64,000 bases of DNA, from NCBI GenBank assembly GCA_013416795.1, contig RQSC01000523.1, positions 267,435 through 331,434 of the forward strand, in the 5' to 3' direction. This document shows, piece after piece, positions 22,063 through 33,800 of the stretch (the stretch's first letter is position 1; each line of letters starts with the position of its first letter). Source of the DNA: Prasinococcaceae sp. CCMP 1430 (taxonomy: Eukaryota; Plantae; Prasinodermophyta). Both the position numbers and the translations under genes were made by a program. Below the pieces are notes generated by a model. The model worked only from the letters and a program-made list of their open reading frames with translations, did no database searches and was not told where the DNA came from.

Positions 22063-22782
22063 GGCGCGAGCCGCGCGGGCGCTGAGGCCGCGCTCGCGGC
22101 GGCGCGCGGCGGTGGCGCGGCCGGAGGCGAAAGCGCTATTCCAACCGAGGCTGCAGCAGGGGGATTAGCCGCAAGTGGGGGCGCAGACGTGTATGCGTAC
22201 GCGCCGGTGCGTCCTCCCGTGGGTGGCCACGCGCAAACGCATTCAAACGGCCGCGGGCGCGGTAGCGCTGCAGAGCCAAGCGCGTACTGGCATGAGCCCG
22301 ACGACCCACACGACCCACTGCTCGCCGCTGCGCGGCGCGCTGCGGGACTCGTGGCGCTAGTGCCCTCTGAGCGCGGCGTCTATTCGCGCCACCCGGACAT
22401 ACGGCAGATGCAGTTGGAAAGCGACGACTTCGCGTCGTCGGACGACGACGGCAATGTTGGCAATGATGGCTGGCCGTCCAACACAGCTGAGCCCGTCGTA
22501 CGCGCGCGCGGCGTGCCGCGGGCGACGGTCGATGCGCTGCAGGCCGCGACTGACGGTGTCGCGCTGCTTGCACGCGCGCGCGCGAAAGGCGACGGCGGGC
22601 CGGTGTGCGCGGTGTGCCTCGACGCCCTCTGCGTGGCGACACCTGGCGACGCCGCTTGCGTCGCCGAGCTCAGCTCAGGCCTGCTCGCACTGCCGTGCGC
22701 GCACGTGTTTCACGCGCGCTGCATCCGGCCGTGGCTCAGCCGCGATACGCGCTGTCCGTCGTGCAGGCAGTCAGTCGTATGA
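22063..22782 (+). CDS. RING-H2 E3 ubiquitin ligase, 5' partial (after N 22062)
   Basis: CAVC..LPCAHVFHARCIRPWL..CPSCR. Confidence 0.85.
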   Translation, partial: GASRAGAEAALAAARGGGAAGGESAIPTEAAAGGLAASGGADVYAYAPVRPPVGGHAQTHSNGRGRGSAAEPSAYWHEPDDPHDPLLAAARRAAGLVALVPSERGVYSRHPDIRQMQLESDDFASSDDDGNVGNDGWPSNTAEPVVRARGVPRATVDALQAATDGVALLARARAKGDGGPVCAVCLDALCVATPGDAACVAELSSGLLALPCAHVFHARCIRPWLSRDTRCPSCRQSVV

Positions 22783-22923
22783 CCCGAGCCACGAGTAGCA
22801 AGCACCCGATGCACACGGGGCCGCGCGCACGCGCGCGCGCACAAGCGTCCACCGGCGCCAGCACTGAAGCTCGCGCCCGTGCCGCGACGCTGTTTGTGAA
22901 CTATGTACAGTACAGTCTACATA

Positions 22924-24430
22924 TTAATCGCCCACCGCAGCGACAGGACAGGCCGCCGAGCAAAGAGCGGCGTGGTCAAAAGACCCCACGCGGCTGGCGG
23001 CGGCCGCCGCAGCGTGGCCGCCCGGCTCGAAGCGCGAGATGTAGCCCAGCTGCGAGCGCAGCGCAGCGCCGAAGCCGTACGCCGCCCATCGCAGAAGCAG
23101 GCGGCCAACGACCGTCGCGGGATTGACGAGCACGCCGCTCCAGCGCGCAGCGCGCCGGAGGCCATCCGTGTACGCCGCAGCGCCGCGCCCGTCCCCTCTT
23201 ACCTCGATCCCGAGCGCGTCAGCAAGCGCATTGCCCTGCAGCACGCGTGTCGCGTGGGCGAGCTGTTCCGCTGTGGCACGGCGGGGCGGCCTCCCCTCTA
23301 CGGCAGCGAGCGTGGCCTTGGCGAGCTTCGTGGAGAGCTGGTCGGGCCACACCAGGTACACCCATATACTCTGGAGGGCAGCGCGCGCGTCGGGCAGCGA
23401 GCGGCACGCCAGGTTGTGCTCCTCATCGATGCCGATGCAGTGGCCGACTACCCGCCAGAGGTGCAGGAAGTCCTCCACGGCCTCGAGGCTGTCGCTGAGA
23501 TCCACCCCCAATCGCTCCAGGCCGTCAACCACCACCGCTGAGAAGGCCAACTGCGTGACGACCATGTCTATTTGGTTGATCGGTACCCCGTCGGCGGCGG
23601 CGACAGCTTCGTAGGCCGCGCTGCAAGAGAGGCGTGCGCGCACTGCCGCGTGCATGAGGCGCACGCGCACCACCGCGCGCCAGCCCGCCCCGTGGACCGG
23701 CACCATCGCTTCGGGGCCGGCCACCACAGCAGCGACCAGCTGCGCCGTCTCCAGGAGCCTCCGATAGGCGCGGTCGCACCCAGCGGCTGATGTGTCGCCG
23801 CGCAGCGCACCGCCGCATGAGAGCACGCGCGCGATGCGAGGCGCCGCGTACCCGCCCACGAGCGAGAGGTGCAGCAGGCAGGCGCCGCAACCGGGCAGGT
23901 AGCGGAGAAAGAACTCTGCCCCACGCGCGCAGCGAGCGGTGTCTGCCCACTCGGGCAGCGTTGAGACGTCCTCGAGCAGCGCGCGCGCGCGAGCATCGCC
24001 ACTGCCCGCCGCGCGCGCGAGGGCTCCCAGCGCGCAGCCGCTGTCCGCGAGCGCGCCCTCCTCGAGCCCACGCACCTCGGCGGGCGTGCGCGCCGGCAGA
24101 GCGAGCGTGCTGCGAAGGGACAGCAGCGGTGCGAGCAGCGGTTTGAGAGACGTGGGGAGCCACGACGTGGCCGCCGCGGGGACTTTCGCGCCGCCGCCTT
24201 CCCCACCGACGCCGCTGCCGCCCCGCTGCCGCCGCTCCCGCCGCCACTCAGCGAGCACCACCGGCAGCGTATCGTCGGCGAGCGCGTCCCCCCGCGACCT
24301 GAGCGGCTCCAGCTCGCGCGGGCGGCGGTGGGCCGCCGTCCACTCGAAGCCATTGCCCAGGTGCTCGACGGCGTCGCCGGGCGCGTACGCGTCGGCGTCG
24401 GCCGCGCACCGCGGCGTGGCGGCCCCGCAC
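22924..24430 (-). CDS. MpaB/rubber-oxygenase (Lcp)-like heme oxygenase, DUF2236 family; 5' end in gap
   Basis: LRSRGDALAD, LPEWAD..RGAEFF, RRLLET, RVRLMHAAVR (heme His region), GVPINQIDM and LHLWRVVGHCIGI. Confidence 0.8.
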
Positions 24431-24953
24431 NNNNNNNNNNNNNNNNNNNNNNNNNNNNNNNNNNNNNNNNNNNNNNNNNNNNNNNNNNNNNNNNNNNNNN
24501 NNNNNNNNNNNNNNNNNNNNNNNNNNNNNNNNNNNNNNNNNNNNNNNNNNNNNNNNNNNNNNNNNNNNNNNNNNNNNNNNNNNNNNNNNNNNNNNNNNNN
24601 NNNNNNNNNNNNNNNNNNNNNNNNNNNNNNNNNNNNNNNNNNNNNNNNNNNNNNNNNNNNNNNNNNNNNNNNNNNNNNNNNNNNNNNNNNNNNNNNNNNN
24701 NNNNNNNNNNNNNNNNNNNNNNNNNNNNNNNNNNNNNNNNNNNNNNNNNNNNNNNNNNNNNNNNNNNNNNNNNNNNNNNNNNNNNNNNNNNNNNNNNNNN
24801 NNNNNNNNNNNNNNNNNNNNNNNNNNNNNNNNNNNNNNNNNNNNNNNNNNNNNNNNNNNNNNNNNNNNNNNNNNNNNNNNNNNNNNNNNNNNNNNNNNNN
24901 NNNNNNNNNNNNNNNNNNNNNNNNNNNNNNNNNNNNNNNNNNNNNNNNNNNNN
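24431..24953. other. Assembly gap (N run)
   Basis: Run of n. Confidence 1.
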
Positions 24954-25626
24954 GTGCGCGGCGCGGGGCCGCCGCGGCCGCGCGCGCGTGGCAGCCGCGC
25001 TGCTGCCCCTGGCTGCTGCGCGTGCCGGCGATGCGGAGGTCGTCAAGGCCCTCCTCGACTACGTGCGTGCCGCGGGCGCCGTGGATGTTGTCGTTGACGC
25101 CGACGGCCGCACGCCCGTCCATTTCGCTGCGCTGCACGGCAACGCTGCGGCTGCCGCTGCGCTATGCGCGGCGGGTGCCGCCGTGGATGCCGCCGACGCG
25201 CTCGGTGCGACGCCCCTGCATCTTGCCGCCGAGGCAGGACACATCGTCGCGGTGGAGACGCTGCTGCGGCGCGGTGCCGATCATGCGCGCGCGGACCCCA
25301 AGGGCCTCACGCCCATGCACCGCGCGGCGCGGGCAGGCCACGCCGATGCGGTGCGCACGCTCGTCGCCGCGGGCGCGTCCGTGTGTGTGCGCGACGCCGC
25401 CGGGCGGCAGCCGCTGTCGCACGCGGCCGAGCGCGCGCGCGCGGCGTGCGTGTGCGCCTTGCTCGAGCTGGGCGCTGGCGCGCGTGAGGTGGACGGACGG
25501 GGCCGCAGCGCCCTCGAGTGGGCGCAGGCCGAGGGCACGTCGATGGCCACCGACAAACTGCTGCCGCGGTGGGCGGAGGTCCTGCGCGTGCTCGAGGGGC
25601 ACGTGCACGCGGCGCAGGGGGGGTAG
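24954..25626 (+). CDS. Ankyrin repeat protein, 5' partial
   Basis: Repeated GRTPVHFAA, GATPLHLAA, GLTPMHRAA, GRQPLSHAA and GRSALEWA. Confidence 0.85.
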
Positions 25627-25961
25627 GCTCGGTGCCCATGCGCGTGCACACACACAAACACACGCCCGCTGGCACAGGGGGCGATCCGATGGTAGCATAG
25701 GACAGGCCGGCTGGGGCTATAATATAACTGTAGAAATCCGCACCCAGTGCGTGTTAGCGCGCTCTGCACGCTCGAAAGTTGGCGTCCTTGTGCGTGCTCT
25801 CGATATGCCGCGCGGCACACTGCGCACATCATCTCCTACCATCGCCACCGCCCTCCCACGCAAACACTCAGCTCGCCTGCCGCGCGCGCGTGTAGCATGT
25901 GCTTTTGGTATGCGCGTGTATATCTCTCTGTGTGCGTGCGTGTATGTGTATGTGTGTGTGC

Positions 25962-26465
25962 TTAGTACACTGGCGCAGCCGGGCTACCGGCTGCTTCGAG
26001 ATCGTCGGCGAGCGCCACGGTAGCCGCGGCGAGTTCGCGCGCGGCGCTCGCAGCCTCCTGCAAGGCAGAAGCCACATCATCTGAGCTCCGGTCTGCGTCG
26101 GCTGTGCGCGACGTGCTGAGAGTCAGGTGCCCGCGCGTGCCAGACGCAAGCGCGCGTTGAGAGGTGAGCCTAAGCAGACACCCATCCACCTATCTATCCA
26201 CGCACACACAGGTAGGCAACGCGTGCGACGCGTCTAGCCGCAGCGCCTGCCACGCGATGGCCGACGCGCTCAAGCCCGCCTACTTTCGTACCTTGTCGCT
26301 GGACGACCCTCAGCTCGTCGTCAAGGGGGTCGAGCGCCTCAACAATCGCCTCGCCGCGTGAGTCGGCTCGCAGCGCGCCGGCCGCTCGAAGCACGTCCAC
26401 GCGGAAGGTCCGCATCGCGCCGCCTCGAAGCGCCTCGCGCGCAGCGCGCGCGTCGCCCGCAGAAT
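25962..26465 (-). CDS. Helical-bundle protein fragment, possibly a PsbQ-like thylakoid lumen protein; exons 26465-26292 and 26101-25962
   Basis: AREALRGGAMRTFRVDV..ALDPLDDELRVVQRQ|ADADRSSDDVASALQEAASAARELA with a consistent phase-1 GT-AG intron. Family resemblance is from memory only. Confidence 0.4.
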
Positions 26466-26895
26466 CTACGAGCGCGAACGGCGGCAGCGGCGGAGGCACC
26501 GACAACCTCGACGCGTCGCCCTTCGCTCGGCTGGCCCGCGCGGCGGCCGCGGAGCGGCGCGGGCCCGAGCGGCGCGGCGCGCATAGGGCACTGCGCTCTG
26601 TTGGACGCGACGCAATGAATGCGCGCGGCGGAAGGCTGTGCAGAGCTGGGCGATGCCGCGTCGCGTCTCATGCGCGGGGGATGGGGTTGAGGAGGGGGAG
26701 GTCCTCATCTTGCCATGCCGTGTTGTGTCGCGCCACGCTGCGCGGATGGCATGAGAAGATCCCCGTGGTTAGTGCGGATGCGCGCGCGCCCTCGCGCGCC
26801 ACTCAGCGCGCTGACGCCCTCGCGATCTCGTCGCTACACCGCACGCCCCCGTGGACGCGCGCCGCGCCGCACTCCCGATCGCCGCCCGCGCAGCC

Positions 26896-27610
26896 ATGTC
26901 GGCCAAGACCGTGAAGGATGTCCCCGCCGCGGCCTTCGTGAAGGAGTACGCCGCGCACCTCAAGCGCTCCGGCAAGATCGAGCTGCCCCCGTGGGTGGAC
27001 CTCGTGAAGACGTCGGTCGCCAAGGAGCTCGCGCCGTACGACCCGGACTGGTACTACATCCGCGCGGCGTCGATCGCCCGCCACGTGTACATCCGCCCGG
27101 ACGTGGGCGTCGGCGGCTTCAAGAAGCGCTTCGGCTCCAAGTACCGCCGCGGCACGCGCGCCATGCACCACCGCGATGCGGCCGGCGGCCACATCAGGCA
27201 CATGCTCCAGCAGCTCGAGGCGATCAAGGTCATCCGCAAGTCGGACAAGGGCGGGCGCCGCATCACCCCCGACGGCCAGCGCGACCTCGACCGCATCGCC
27301 TCCAAGGTGGTGCTCGCCGGTGAGTCCAAGGAGGAGGACGAGGACGAGGACGAGGACGAGTCCGAGGAGGAGGAGTCCGAGGAGGAGTCGGAGAGCGACG
27401 ACGACGACGACTCCGACGAGGGTGCGTCGCGGCGCCGCGGCCGCCGCCGCAGTCGCAGCCGCTGCCTGTTGCGCGCCTGCGCTCTCGCTCGCGCGCGAGC
27501 ACCGGCCACGCGCGCCTTTCTGCGCTGCCGGCGGGGGACCCACTGCATGCCCGCCCAGCTGCTGACATCGAAGCGACCCTCACCCCGGACGCACGCGATC
27601 AACAGAGTAA
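26896..27610 (+). CDS. RPS19: 40S ribosomal protein S19 (eS19) with long acidic tail; exons 26896-27421 and 27606-27610
   Basis: TVKDV..LKRSGKIELPPWVDLVKT..KELAPYDPDWYYIRAASIAR..GRRITPDGQRDLDRIA. Final intron GTGCGT..CTGAC..AACAG, then AG TAA. TGTAA at 27684. Confidence 0.95.
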
Positions 27611-27897
27611 GCGCAGCACCCGCAGCCACCGGCGCGCGCGTGCGCGCGGGCGGTGGCGAACAAACCGCTGCAAGCTGCTCTTCTGTAATCTGGCCGCCAG
27701 GGGCAGTGCGACGGCACTCCCCGCCCCTCTCCGGCGGCGGCAAGTGGGCTCGAGCGCGCGCGCGCGCGCTCTGCCTCCGTCGGTGGGATTTAACTACGCA
27801 ACCTCGTTGTGACCCCTTCACCGCGCACGCGTCACGCCGCGCGTCACGCCGCGGCGCCAGTGCCACGGGCGCGCCGCCAGCGCGCGCGGCGGAGGCG

Positions 27898-28779
27898 ATG
27901 GTCGCGCTCGAGCCGCTGGCGGAGAAAGTGCGCGCGCTCAACCGCTTCGACATGGGAAACTTCGTGGCGCTGATGGACGGCGAGCGCAGCCTGGGCGCGG
28001 TGCACGAGGACGTGGCGCGCGAGCTGCTCGCGTACCCGGAGGCAGTCGCCGTGGACCTCGGCCGCCGTGAGGTGCGGCTGCGGCCGGGCAGCGCTGAGGA
28101 GCGCACGGAGCGCTTCGCCGCGATGGCAGCGGGGATGCACGAGGCTGGGCTCGTCCCCGGCTGGCGCGACGAGCTCTTCGCCGCGCAGCGCGGCTTCGGC
28201 ACCGAACCGGTCTTTCTGATCGAGCGTGCGGCCGTCCCGGTGTTTGGCCTGCGCGGCTACGGCGTGCACTGCAACGGCCTCGTGCGCCAGCCCGACGGCA
28301 GCCACAAGCTGTGGGTCGCGCGACGCGCCAAAGACAAGGCGACGTATCCGGGCAAGCTGGACCACATCGTCGCCGGTGGCCAGCCCGCGGGCATCGGGCT
28401 CATGGAGAACGTGATCAAAGAGTGCGGCGAGGAGGCGGGCATCCCGCCCGAGCTCGCCCGGCAGTGCGCGCGCCCAGCGGGCATGGTGAGCTACCGCATG
28501 GAGCTGCCCGACAAGAAGCAGCTCAAGCGCGATGTGCTCTTCTGCTACGATCTGGAGCTTCCTGAGGACTTCGTCCCCACCGCCGTCGACGGCGAGGTCG
28601 AGAGCTTCGAGCTCTGGGACATGGACGACGTGATGCACGCCGTCGCGCACACCGACGACTTCAAGCCCAACGTGGGGCTTGTCCTTATCGACATGTTCGT
28701 GCGGCGCGGCTACGTGACGCCCGATCAGCCGGGCTACATCGCGCTCGTCAAGAGCCTGCGGGCACTCGACTGCGCCTGA
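27898..28779 (+). CDS. Nudix hydrolase, NUDX20/24-like (DUF4743 + Nudix)
   Basis: GWRDELF, LIERAA..FGLRGYGVHCNG, LWVARRAKDKATYPGKLDHIVAGG, KECGEEAG and DGEVESF. Confidence 0.9.
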   Translation: MVALEPLAEKVRALNRFDMGNFVALMDGERSLGAVHEDVARELLAYPEAVAVDLGRREVRLRPGSAEERTERFAAMAAGMHEAGLVPGWRDELFAAQRGFGTEPVFLIERAAVPVFGLRGYGVHCNGLVRQPDGSHKLWVARRAKDKATYPGKLDHIVAGGQPAGIGLMENVIKECGEEAGIPPELARQCARPAGMVSYRMELPDKKQLKRDVLFCYDLELPEDFVPTAVDGEVESFELWDMDDVMHAVAHTDDFKPNVGLVLIDMFVRRGYVTPDQPGYIALVKSLRALDCA

Positions 28780-29401
28780 GTCACCCCCGGGCGGACGCGC
28801 CTCGGCGGCGGTGCGCGGACGCCGCGGGAGCGCGCGGGGGCCGCGGCGTGCAGCGTGCCAGCCACGCGCCGTTCCCCCGCTCGCGCCGTCACATGCGATC
28901 CGATATTCTCTTTAAAAACAGCTACACCGTGGCGGAGTGTGATTATTTTATGCGTCCTCCATCGCGCGGCGGGCCGCCCGCCAAGGTGGAACCCACACAG
29001 CGTGTTTTGGTTTTGATCTTAACATGAAGCGAATCCTTCCTGCTTACTATATTCAAATTACATCTAAAATGGATTCCTTTATGTTTGTTGGACGGAAAAG
29101 GTTGCATGCAGATGTAATATGGTATGCATTTTGTGGAATCCACGTGTCGGCGGGCGGCGCGGCGGCTGCCGGCGACGACGCCACAGAGCGCGGCGGCGGC
29201 GCGGCCACAGGACCCACGCACAACCCACCCACGTCCACCCACCGCAACCGCAACCGCGACCGCCGGCCCCCGCACGCCACTCCCAGCCCCCCGGCCGAGG
29301 GCCAGCAACCTCGCACCAGCGTTCGACGGGCTCGCGGCCCAGCCGAGGGAGGGCGGGAAGGAGGGGAGGGGGGGGACCGCGAGCGCGAGCGCGCTGCCGC
29401 G

Positions 29402-30829
29402 GCGCCGACCGGCGGCAACCGCAAGGTGTCCGGCCTCGACATCGACGAGACTGATTTCACGACGAGCAAGGGCGTTAAGGTGGTGAAGTCCTTCGAAGAG
29501 ATGGGCCTGCGCGACGAGCTGCTGCGCGGCGCGTACGCGTACGGCTTCTCTGCACCCTCGGCGATCCAGCAGCGCGCGCTGCCACCCCTGCTGGCAGGGC
29601 GCGACGTGATCGCGCAGGCCCAGTCAGGCACGGGGAAGAGCTCGATGATCGCGCTGGCGGGCTGCCAAGTGTCAGACGTGTCCAGCCGCGACCCGCAGGT
29701 GCTCGTGGTGTCGCCCACGCGCGAGCTCGCGCTGCAGACGCAGGCGGTCGCCCAGGCGCTCGGCCAATTCGACTCGGTGAAGGCGCACGCGTGCGTCGGC
29801 GGCAAGAGCGTCGGCGAGGACCTGCGCGTGCTCGAGTCGGGGTGTCATGTGGTGTCGGGGACGCCCGGACGCGTGTACGACATGATCAAGCGCGGCGCCC
29901 TGCGCGCCAAGTCGCTCAAGCTGCTCATCATCGACGAGGCCGACGAAATGTTGGGCAGAGGATTCCAAGATCAGATCTACGACATCTACCGCTACCTGCC
30001 ACCCGACGTGCAGGTGGTGCTGGTGAGCGCGACCATGCCGCGCGATGTGCTCGACATGACGACCCGCTTCATGACCGACCCGATGCGCATCCTCGTCAAG
30101 CGCGACGAGCTCACGCTCGACGGAATCAAGCAGTTCTTCGTGGCCGTCGAACGCGAGGAGTGGAAGTTCGACACCCTGTGCGACTTGTATGACACGCTGA
30201 CCATCACGCAGGCGGTCATCTTCTGCAACTCGCGCAAGAAGATAGACTGGCTCGCGAGCCGCATGCGCGAGGCCCACTTCACCGTCTCCGCGCTGCACGG
30301 CGAGATGCCACAGCGCGAGCGCGACGATGTCATGGGCGAGTTCCGCTCGGGCGCCACGCGCGTGCTTCTCTCGTCGGACATCATGGCGCGAGGCATCGAC
30401 GTGCAGCAGGTCAGCCTGGTGATCAACTACGATCTGCCCAACTCGAGGGAGAACTACATTCACCGCATCGGTGAGTCACTGCGCGATTCCGCGCCCGCGC
30501 GCGTGCAAGCCGCCCTCCGTGATGTTCAACTTGGGGTAACGCCCAGAATATACGCTATACCGAGGCAAAACAGCCGTGCGGAGAGCTTTACAGTGCTGAG
30601 AGGAACGCGAGGCGGGCCTCATCCACTTTGCGAGCAATCGCGGCGTCGCTAACGCCGCGCGGCGCGTTCCCCCTTGCTGCGCACGCGCTGCGCAGGGCGC
30701 TCCGGCCGCTTCGGCCGCAAGGGCGTGGCCATCAACTTCGCCACCGACGAGGACATGAAAGCACTCAGGGAGCTAGAGAGCTTCTACAGCACGCAGATCG
30801 ACGAGATGCCCGCATCCCTGCAGCTATGA
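29402..30829 (+). CDS. EIF4A3: DEAD-box helicase eIF4A-III (exon junction complex); exons ~29402-30470 and 30696-30829; start codon not found
   Basis: Q motif [63 protein letters not shown] and HRIG|RSGRFGRKG. Confidence 0.92.
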
Positions 30830-30897
30830 CTGCGCGCGCGCGGGGAGAGCGATGGTGCGATTCGAACGCGTGCCCCGAATTTAATAATTTTAGACAC

Positions 30898-33800
30898 TCA
30901 CTCGCTGGGCTTGTACTCCGCGCCGTCATCGAGGGGCTCCTCGATGACCTCATACGAGGCCGCTACGGTGCCGTCGCCTGCTTCGCCGCCGCCGTCGTCG
31001 TCAGAGCCTCCGCCAGCGCCGCCGGCGCCCTCGCCGTGCGCTTCGTGCCAGCCCTCGGGCAACTTGCCGCCCCAACCGCGCTTGGGTACCTCACCGCGCA
31101 GCTCGGGGTGGTCGATGGAGTCGTACACCTTGTTGCCGAGCACCCAGTCTTCGGAGATCTCCTCCTCGGTGAAGCGCGCGTAAGTTTCGGGCTTGAGGTC
31201 GTGGTTGCCAGGCTCGATTTCGATGGTCGCGGGGCTGTGGAAGCCCGGGTACCGCGCCTTGTCCATCTTGTTGTACAGGCGCTGCATCTTCATGCCGATC
31301 TCCTCGAGGCGCTGGTTAAGCTCGCGCTCATCCATGCCCAGGCTCTCCACCGAGTCGAATGCACCGTCGCCCACACCCGAGCTGTCGCCGGAGGTGATCT
31401 CCTCGTCCGCGCTCGCGTCGCCCTTGCCCTTGCCCTTGCCCTTCTTGCCGCCGGCCGGCCTTGCGTCGTCGTCAGCCCCGTCGCCCTTGTCGGAGGCTGA
31501 GGGCATGAGCTTCCGCACGTAGTCCTCCTCGGTCTCCTCCTCGTACTCGGTCTCCTCTTCCTGGTTCTCCCTGACCTTCATGTACATGTGCTCGCGCTCC
31601 GAGTAGTAGTCCTGGTTGTTGTAGCGCGTGGGCGTGAGCTGGCCGTAGTCGCGCTGCTCGGAGCGCTCGTCCGACCACTCGTTGTCCTTGAACTCGGGGT
31701 TCTTTTTCTCGTCGAGGTAGTCCTGGTCGAGCGTTCCCCCCAGCACGTCACCGTCGTTCACCATGCGGTGCCACACCTCGTCGGGGATGCGCTGTGTGCG
31801 CACGAGCTTCCCCTTCGCCTTGAACTGATCGACCAGATCGGACACCTCCTTGTTCATCTTGGCGACAGTCCCCGCCCAGTTGGGATCGTGCACGACCCGC
31901 CGCGCCTCCTCGGTGCTCATCTGGCGATCGTGCTCGTTCAGCACCTCGAACTCTTTTCTGTATGCGGGCGACGACTTGTCCATGCGGCCGCCCTCGCGCA
32001 GCACGGTGCCCAGCGGCTCCTGCTGCGCCGGGTCGCCGCGCATCTCCGAGTGGAAGATGAGCGGCGGGCTGTCCAGCGTGTCGGCGAGTGGAAGCGCAGG
32101 GTCCAGCAACTCGATCTCAATGGGGAAGCGGAAGCGCCACACGTCCTCGCGGATGGCCGTCACGCGCACCCGGACCCTGTCGTGCGGCGACAGCATCACG
32201 CTCGGGCTGACCTGGGGGCCGGTCATGTACATCCGATCACGGAGCTTGGTGCTGAAGCGCTCCTGGAACTCGAAGCCCGGGTCAACGAACTCAATGGCGC
32301 GCCAGTCGTCCTGCGAGACGTATTGCCAGCCGAAGTACTCGGCCCCGATGTCGATGTAGAGGCCTGAGTACAGGTCCTTGCACACGACCTGCCCGATGAT
32401 CTCGGTGCCAACCTTGAGCTCGGAGAGGGGGATGCGCTCCTTGCCATTGAAATCCGAGCCGTTGAGCGGGCTGTCGAGCACGCACGGGGCCTCGTAGTCA
32501 GGCATGGCCGGGAGCTCCTCCGCCCAGTTCACCTCCTCGTTGGGCAGGCCGAGGCGCATGTAGTCGTTCGTTTCTCCCAGCGGATCGAAGATGTTCACCT
32601 TGTCCCACAGCAGCGACGCGAAGCGCGCGTGGCACTCGTGCGCCGAGTAGTAGTAGTTCTTTCCGGTGTCAGGGTCCGGGTCCCACTTGTCCCATCCGCG
32701 CGAGTACTTGGCGAAGACCTCGTCGGTGACGAGCTTCGAGCACCGCCGCCAGAACAGCGGTCCGGGGTCGTGCTTGAACGCCGCAAACTCCCCGCCGATC
32801 GACTCGACGAGGCCCATCACCACCTGGTCGAGCTCGTCGTCCCAGGGCGGCATCATGTCCATGTACTCGAGCATGCCCAGCTTGGACTCGGTTTGGATGC
32901 CCGACGCCACCAGCTTCTCCTCCTCGACGATGTGAGCGGCCTCGCCCGCATCCATGCCCTCATCCTCAATGAGCACGCGCAGCCTCTCCTCGTATGCCGC
33001 CTCCTGCTCCTCGTCCAGCTCGGGGACTACCACCACGCGCCCGCGCCGATTAGCGCTGGTCTTGCCCTTGTCCTGGGCGGCGTACTGCTGCGCCTGCGCC
33101 TCGAGCTCGAAGTTCTCGAGCGGGGCGAGGTACTGGTCGAGCACGTTGTATCCCACTTCCTCGTCAAAGGGGTTGAAGAGCGCCCTGCGGACAAGCGCCT
33201 CGTCGAGCAGGAAGGGCTCGTCGGTGAAGTCGTCCAAGATGCTCTGTGCCGCCTCGCGCGCGATGCCCTCGCCGACGGGCGAGCGAAGGTACTCCACCTG
33301 GCAGCGCTGCCACATCTGCGCCTCGCCCGCCAGTGCCATGTACTCGAGCGTGGGCGGCACGGCGAACTCCTCCGCGTCCTCGCACCCGCCGAAGGACGGG
33401 AGCACCTCCTCAACCTCCTGCCGCTGGGCCTTTTTGAAGTGCGATTGCGCCTCTTCGATCGCAGCATCCGTCAGGGGCGCCACGTCGCCCTGGCCGACCA
33501 CCTCGCCCGGCGCGGGCGTGGGCGCCTGCTGCGAAGCGTCGTACGGCCGTCCGTCCTCCGCCACGCCTTGGGTTGCGCTGCCGTCACCGTCGGCGCTCTC
33601 GACGTTCTGCCCGACGAGCTCCAACAGGGCCTGGCGCAGCGCTTCCTCTGCGTCGGCGTCGTCCGCCACGGCGGAGAGTAGCTCGCCCACCATGGGCGCC
33701 GCTGCGCCGCGCTCATCCTCCGCGAGCCCATCCATGCCCGCGCCGCGCGTGCTCTCAGGCGCGAGCCCCTTGAAGGACTTGAGGACGCCGCTGAGCGCGG

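Noticed and set aside
26257-26361. Short plus-strand ORF MADALKPAYF.. as a uORF or first exon of RPS19
   Set aside because: Splicing it to the RPS19 acceptor is out of frame, and the minus strand gives a more coherent spliced protein.
29024-29400. ATG 29024 as the eIF4A-III start
   Set aside because: It lies in AT-rich promoter-like sequence with atypical codons and would add ~125 non-homologous residues.
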